From Octopus vulgaris (Eukaryota), in NCBI GenBank assembly GCA_951406725.2, contig OX597822.1:106268001-106332000 (forward strand): DNA of 64,000 bases, written 5' to 3'. This document shows, in pieces, positions 57,453 to 64,000 of this stretch; position 1 is the first letter of the stretch; every line of letters begins with the position of its first letter. The translations under genes were made by a program, and so were the position numbers. The notes beneath the pieces were generated by a model. The model was given only the letters and a program-made list of their open reading frames with translations. It was not told the origin of the DNA and did not search any database.

Positions 57453-58042
57453 GAGATAAGTATAGGAAGAATGTGAAAAGAGAAAAGCGGATGAGAAGGG
57501 GAAAAAACGAGTGAGGGGTTAGGAACGTAGTCGAATGTAATTCTATAGGGGGAGTTAAGAGAGAGTAGGAGAAACCAGTTAATTTTCGTCGGGAATATCA
57601 TTGTTCTTCCCCACATCAGTTATCTATAGAATACCAAGATAGAAGTAACTATCGTTTCTAATAATTATTTCCTTCTTGTTCTAGCAACACTTTTTTATTA
57701 TTTCTTTATTGCTGATGATGGTTGTGGTTCCTGATGTAGGTACAGGACCAGCAATTTTGAGGAGAATCAGTAGATTACAGCATCTCTGTTCTTGATTGAT
57801 TCTTTATTTTATCAATCACTGAAAGAAAGGTTGAGTCAACGCCGGTGAGATTTGATCTCAGAACCTAAAGACCAGTAACAAATACCGCATATTATTTTGT
57901 CCCACACTCTACCGATTCTGCCAGCTCAGCGTCGTTGCATTCCATAAGTCAATGTAACCAACATACACCCATTAATATCCTTCTACCTATACACCCGCAA
58001 ATATCATTCCAAATATATACCCATAAATATCCTTCTGCCTAT

Positions 58043-58248
58043 ATGAAGGGGTGCTGAAAAGCTCCTGACTTTAAGGGTATCGCGAAAAGCCTGATTAGAG
58101 GCCCAGCATTCTGCGCTCTTTTACAGGGCTTAGAAAAACTGCAACAACTGTGTGAATCTGAGAGAGAAATATGCTGAATAAAATTATAATTGAATGATCC
58201 TCCTGTATTTTCTTTTATTCAAAGCAAGGAATATTTCAGCACCTCTCA
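58043..58248 (+). mobile_element. mariner-derived MITE
   Basis: TIRs ggggtgctgaaaagctcctgacttt / aaagcaaggaatatttcagcacctc; internal CVNLREKYAE* (mariner C-terminus). Confidence 0.7.
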
Positions 58249-58367
58249 CACACCTACAAATACCCTTCCATATAAATATCCATAAATATCAGTCTACCTT
58301 ATATAACGCTAAATATAAATATAAATATATATCTTTCTAATTATACACTCACAAATAGTTTTCCACG

Positions 58368-58525
58368 GGTGTGGCTGTGTGGTAAGAAGCTTCTTTCCCA
58401 ACTACATGATTCTGGGTTCAGTCCCACTCCGTGGCACCTTGGGCAAGTGTCTTCTACTATAGCCTCGGGTCGAACAAAGCTTTGTGGGTGGATTTGGTGG
58501 ACGTAAACTGTGGGAAACATATCGA

Positions 58526-58575
<50 letters not shown>

Positions 58576-58785
58576 CTTTATGTGTGTTTGGCCTATCAAC
58601 CGGCGTTGGTGCATTTACGTCCCCGTAAACTAGCTGTTCGACAAAAGAGATTCATAGAATAAGTACTAGGCTTTAAAAAATAAGTCCTGCGGTCGATTTG
58701 TTCTACTAAAATCCTTCAAGGTGGGGCTCCATCATGGCTGCAATCAAATGACTGAAACGAATAAAAGAATAAAAGAATGAAAGAA
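58368..58785 (+). mobile_element. SINE family C
   Basis: Full match. Confidence 0.8.
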
Positions 58786-59013
58786 TATACACCCGTAAAT
58801 ATCTTTCCACCTATACACCTGCATCTATCTTTCTATAAATACATTCGTACATATCCTTGAATTTATACACCCGTAAATATCTTTTTGATATATACATCTC
58901 CAAATATCCTTGTATTTATAAACCCGTGAATATCTTTCTGCATATACACCCATTAATATCCTTCTGTCTACACACCCGTAAATATCATTCTAACTATATA
59001 CCCATAAACATTC

Positions 59014-59083
<70 letters not shown>

Positions 59084-59392
59084 CGGCAATAAGAAAATGG
59101 ATGGGACGCGCACACATACACACCAGTAAATATCCTTCAAGATATATGTACCAGTAAATACCCTACTAAGAATACACCCGTAAATATCTTTCAACATATA
59201 CATCTATAAATATCTTTGACCCTTCTATATATAAAGACGTAAATATATTTCAACATAAACACCCGCAGGTGATCTACCAACGCACCCGTAAATATGTTCC
59301 TCCAAATACACCAGTAAAATAACATATACATATATATACCCGTAAATATACTTCTACATATACATGCATCCATAAGTAATCTATACATACCC

Positions 59393-59453
<61 letters not shown>

Positions 59454-59511
59454 ATACCCGTAAATATACTTTTACATATACATGCATCCATAAATAATCT
59501 ATACATACCCG

Positions 59512-59549
<38 letters not shown>

Positions 59550-59602
59550 CGTAAATATACTTCTACATATACATGCATCCATAAATAATCTATACATACA
59601 CG

Positions 59603-59654
<52 letters not shown>

Positions 59655-59687
59655 CGTAAATATACTTCTACATATACATACCCGTAA

Positions 59688-59726
<39 letters not shown>

Positions 59727-60556
59727 CCCGTAAATATACTTCTACATAAACATACATCCATAAATAATCTATACATACCCGTGAATATTTTTCTACCTAT
59801 ATTTCTTTAAATACTCTTTTATATATACATCCACAATTTTCATTTTAACATATCCACCCGTATAATACTTGTGTAATAAGACTGCAGGAGTCGTCTCCCT
59901 TAAAACATTTCTTTTCTCTTTTTTTCCTCCCCCCCCCCCACCACTCGCTCTTTCTTCCGCCCACCCCCATCTTGCCTCTTTTACACCCATAAAAATCGCT
60001 TATTTATTTAGTTTATACAATGACGTCCATCTCTTGTGTATATGAAGTGTTACTTTTAAATGTGTTATTTATTGTGATTTGTGGTGTGTACAGGATTTTA
60101 CACACGATATAATCACCGTCGTGTTGTTGTTTTTCCACCCCGCCACCATTTTATTTTTAGCTTCCCATTTAATTTCTCCAGCATTTCAATGATTACAACG
60201 GAGATATACCTTGTTGCTGATGTTGTTGTTGCTGTCTTCATCATCGTCGTCGTCGTCGTCGTGGTTGTTGTAGTTGTTTCGGCTAATGTCATCTTAAATA
60301 GAATTAACGTTCTACTACTTCTTCGATGATTACCCGGCAAAATTCTGTATTCCATAGTTGCACATTGTTGTTGTTTGTTTGTTTTTGTTGTCTGTGAGTA
60401 CGTGTGTGTGTGTGTTGTTGTTGTTGTTGTTGCTGCTGCTGCTGCTGCTGTTGTTGTTGTTCTGCCACAGACCGGTTTTTAAAAGAGTTATCTTCTATGT
60501 TTTATTCGTTCCAGTCATTGAACTGCGGCCATGTTGGGGCACCGCTTTGAAGCATT

Positions 60557-60960
60557 AGGAGTGGCTGTGTGGTAAGTAGCTTGCTTACCAACCACATGAT
60601 TCCGGGTTCAGTCCCACTGCGTGGCATCTTGGGCAAGTGTCTTCTGCTATAGCCCCGGGCCGACCAATGCCTTGTGAGTGGATTTGGTAGACGGAAACTG
60701 AAAGAAGCCCATCGTATATATGTATATATATATGTATATAAGTGTGTGTGTATATGTTTGTGTGTCTGTGTTTGTCCCCCTAGCATTGCTTGACAACCGA
60801 TGCTGGTGTGTTTACGTCCTCGTCACTTAGCGGTTCGGCAAAAGAGACCGGGCTTACAAAGAATAAGTCCCGGGGTCGATTTGCTCGACTAAAGGCGGTG
60901 CTCCAGCATGGCCGCAGTCAAATGACTGAAACAAGTAAAAGAGTAAAAGAGTAAAGAGTA
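60557..60960 (+). mobile_element. SINE family C, preceded by an inverted tail fragment (~60500-60552)
   Basis: Near-identical to 22539-22950. Confidence 0.88.
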
Positions 60961-61124
60961 TATATATATATATCATCATCATCATCATCAAAATAAGCAA
61001 CAAGGATATCCAGAGGTAGTGCATTACCTCTGGATATCCTTGTTGCTTATTTAGATTATAATCACGCTATTTTGAATTGTATGGACAATATCATACTAAA
61101 TTCTGGTGCCTTTAACTTAAGTAC

Positions 61125-61677
61125 CAGACAAATGGATTAAGTCGCTTATATCGACCCCAGTGAGTAACTGGTACTTATTTAATCGACCCCGAAAGGATGA
61201 AAGGCAAAGTCGACCTCGGCGGAATTTGAACCCAGAACGTAACGGCAGACGAAATACCTATTTCTTTATTACCCACAAGGGGCTAAACATAGATGGGACA
61301 AACAAGGACAAACATAGGTATTAAGTCGATTACATCGACCCCAGTGCGTAACTGGTACTTAATTTATCGACCCCCAAAAGGATGAAAGGCAAAGTCGACC
61401 TCGGCGGAATTTGAACTCAGAACGTAACGGCAGACGAAATACCTATTTCTTTATTACCCACAAGGGGCTAAACATAGATAGGACAAACAAGGACAGACAT
61501 AGGTATTAAGTCGATTACATCGACCCCAGTGCGTAACTGGTACTTAATTTATCGACCCCGAAAGGATGAAAGGCAAAGTCGACCTCGGCGGAATTTGAAC
61601 TCACAACGTAACGACAGACGAAATACTATTAAGCATTTCGCCCGGCCTGCTAACGTTTCTGCCAGCTCGCCGCCTTC
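61125..61677 (-). mobile_element. SINE family M tandem trimer
   Basis: Junctions at 61251 and 61436 (185 bp period); only the rightmost unit has the full head. Confidence 0.9.
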
Positions 61678-63274
61678 CTTTGAAAGTAGTCATGTTCCAC
61701 CTTGCTAATTTTTTTTTTTTTTACGAAGGCCCACGACTGTACTCTCCTCATCAAAATTTGTGGCCATGTAAATTTTTGTAATGAAATACTTACTTGTGAA
61801 TGGCACAACAGTACTTTGAATTCAGATCATATAAGAACTAAACTAAATACTTAAATATTGTAAGATACTTTAGTCTATTACTATCCTGCAACTTCTGCTC
61901 ACTACCTATCCTGTCCACTACAATAAATACCTGAGTGACACCTGTCATATGAAGAGTAACTTTGGAAGAATACTTTTGTCACCATTGATAATACCAGGAA
62001 ATACGCCGTCCATACAATAATTATGATTTAACCTTTATCAAATGTATCGGTGATTACACAAATTGATGAAATGAATTATAATTTTCAAAATAAAAATAAT
62101 TATTACCTTAAAATACGATTAAATAAAACAAATTTCTCATGTGTATATTTGCAATAAATGCATGTTGTAATTTTTCTAAATTGTATCTACGTAATCTAAA
62201 TCTTTTCTATCGAAAATCTATCTCAGTAAAATTTCATTAAAAATACTCGTCCTAAACCTCTTACTTTCATTTTCTTTGTATCTTACTTCGTCCCTTTCTC
62301 TCTTTCTCTCTTTGTTCCTCTCTCTCTCTCCAGGGGAGGTAAAGTATGACGAGATCTTCAACCACCAACCAACCAACCAACATTAATAACGGTTATTGTT
62401 AACTGGTGTTTATTAATTTTTAATCTGTCAACAAGGAAACTTAAAGCATTTTCAACATTTATATATTTGTTACTCTATTTCAGAATAAGTCAATTCAAAT
62501 TTATTATGTCAGCAGAATTTAAATTTAAGTTATAGCATAAAAGTGATTGAAATTGAAATTTTAAAAAAATAACTTTTAAACAAACTACAAAACTGCTGAT
62601 GCAAACCTGAGAATCATAACATCTTTATCTTTATCGTACTCTCACTCTAAATTATATTACTAAACTTCTTTCAGTCAGAATTAATTAATGCACATTCTCT
62701 CAAAACTTTTCTCAATAAATGAACTCATTATGAATAAATGTTTCTTTTGAGCGTTAAGAATATAGGAATTCAAGAATAATTTCTTTCGAGTACACACAAA
62801 TAAAAGTAAGGTATATATAATCTCGCAGATTCGTCAACGTATGGGACAAAGTGCTTCGCAGTGTTTAGTTCCAACTCTTTACCCTCTGAGCTCAAATCCC
62901 GCCAAAATTAAATTTGCCTTTCAACCTTTTTTCTCAATACGGTAAATGTGTGATTTGAGAGTATTTAGCCATTGTTTCAAGCAGGTAGACAACCTATTGA
63001 TATGTATATATATATGCATATATATATTTCGTTTTTGGATTTGGTTTGCAAGATTCTTTATATGAGTTCGTGTGTTGAAGCATATTCTGTTGTGTCTGGG
63101 GAGAGTCATTTTCTTTTTGTGCCTTATAAGAGTCAAGACTATTGAAAAGGTTGCAAGGCGCAACGAAAATTTTAGGAAAATAAAAACGAGAAATAAGTGG
63201 AAATTTTCCGCTGAGTGTATTACATTATATGGCGCAAAAAGAAAATTACTCTCCCCAAACACAACAGTATATAC

Positions 63275-63360
<86 letters not shown>

Positions 63361-63819
63361 ATATAGGTGTATAAAGGTTGAATGTGGATTCGTCCTTTAA
63401 TTGGAGGTTTCCAAAACAGATTTCTAATGTTGATTCTTCATTTTTTGCTGGATGTTTACAGGTGTAAATTTGCGAAGATATAAAAGTAGTATTTGTATAT
63501 AATGTATGATGAATTTATGGAATGAAGCTCCATAAATCCCAACAATTTTATAAGGAATGGAGAAAACAAGTTGTTAAAATTTATAAGAAGCTTAAATCGT
63601 GCAGACGACCGTTTCTTACAAAGCTATAATAATATAAAATCAGTGCAGAAAGGAAAGAAACGATAATACAAGGAACTTAAAAAAGAATTTAGCAGAAAAA
63701 ATTGGATCTAGGAGAGTCATATTGGTATTCTTGTGAGAAAGAGATGGGAGTCATGTCAGATATTGAACCATAGAGGTATGGTTCAATATCTGACGACCCC
63801 CATCTCTTTCTCACAAGAA

Positions 63820-64000
63820 TCATCATCATCATCATTGTTTGACCGTGGTCGAGACAATGGAATTTACCATGCTACGCCAGACTTCACGGTCCATCATAGC
63901 ATTACGGAGGTCCTGTTGCTGGATGCCAGTATCCCTGGAGATTACATCAGGGTAGGAGAGTGTGCGCCCTCTGGTATCGCGAGTAGATGGCTTCCAGAGG
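63820..64000 (-). mobile_element. RTE-like LINE 3' end (runs off the window)
   Basis: LWKPSTRDTRGRTLSYPDVISRDTGIQQQDLRNAMMDREVWRSMV..*, followed directly by a (TGA)n tail. Confidence 0.8.

Larger units (their letters stand above)
57960..59785. repeat. cccgtaaatat minisatellite with a higher-order repeat at 59335-59785
   Basis: Recurrent atacacccgtaaatatc units; four copies of cccgtaaatatactt.tacat..acat..atccataa.taatctatacata separated by variable (TA)n. Confidence 0.8.

Overview
AT-rich eukaryotic DNA, saturated with microsatellites and almost entirely repeat-derived. The SINE families resemble those I recall from Octopus, so it is probably an intronic or intergenic cephalopod region. I cannot support any complete host gene, and most listed ORFs are microsatellite translations. 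Contents: CR1-group and RTE LINE fragments; an R4/Dong-type RT+RLE retrotransposon and two further fragments sitting in (TAA)n arrays; mariner and Tc1 relics; a non-autonomous Helitron; MITE-like elements; and at least three tRNA-derived SINE families, one of which forms head-to-tail multimers with a recurrent junction. The most notable hidden layer is a dense set of Penelope-like element (PLE) relics: GIY-YIG and RT remnants, fold-back inverted ends in (TA)n, and about ten minimal hammerhead ribozyme motifs, four of them with intact cores. One hammerhead lies in a short element with a tRNA-like Pol III head, a candidate PLE-mobilised, ribozyme-carrying SINE. All calls were made by eye without searches or folding software.
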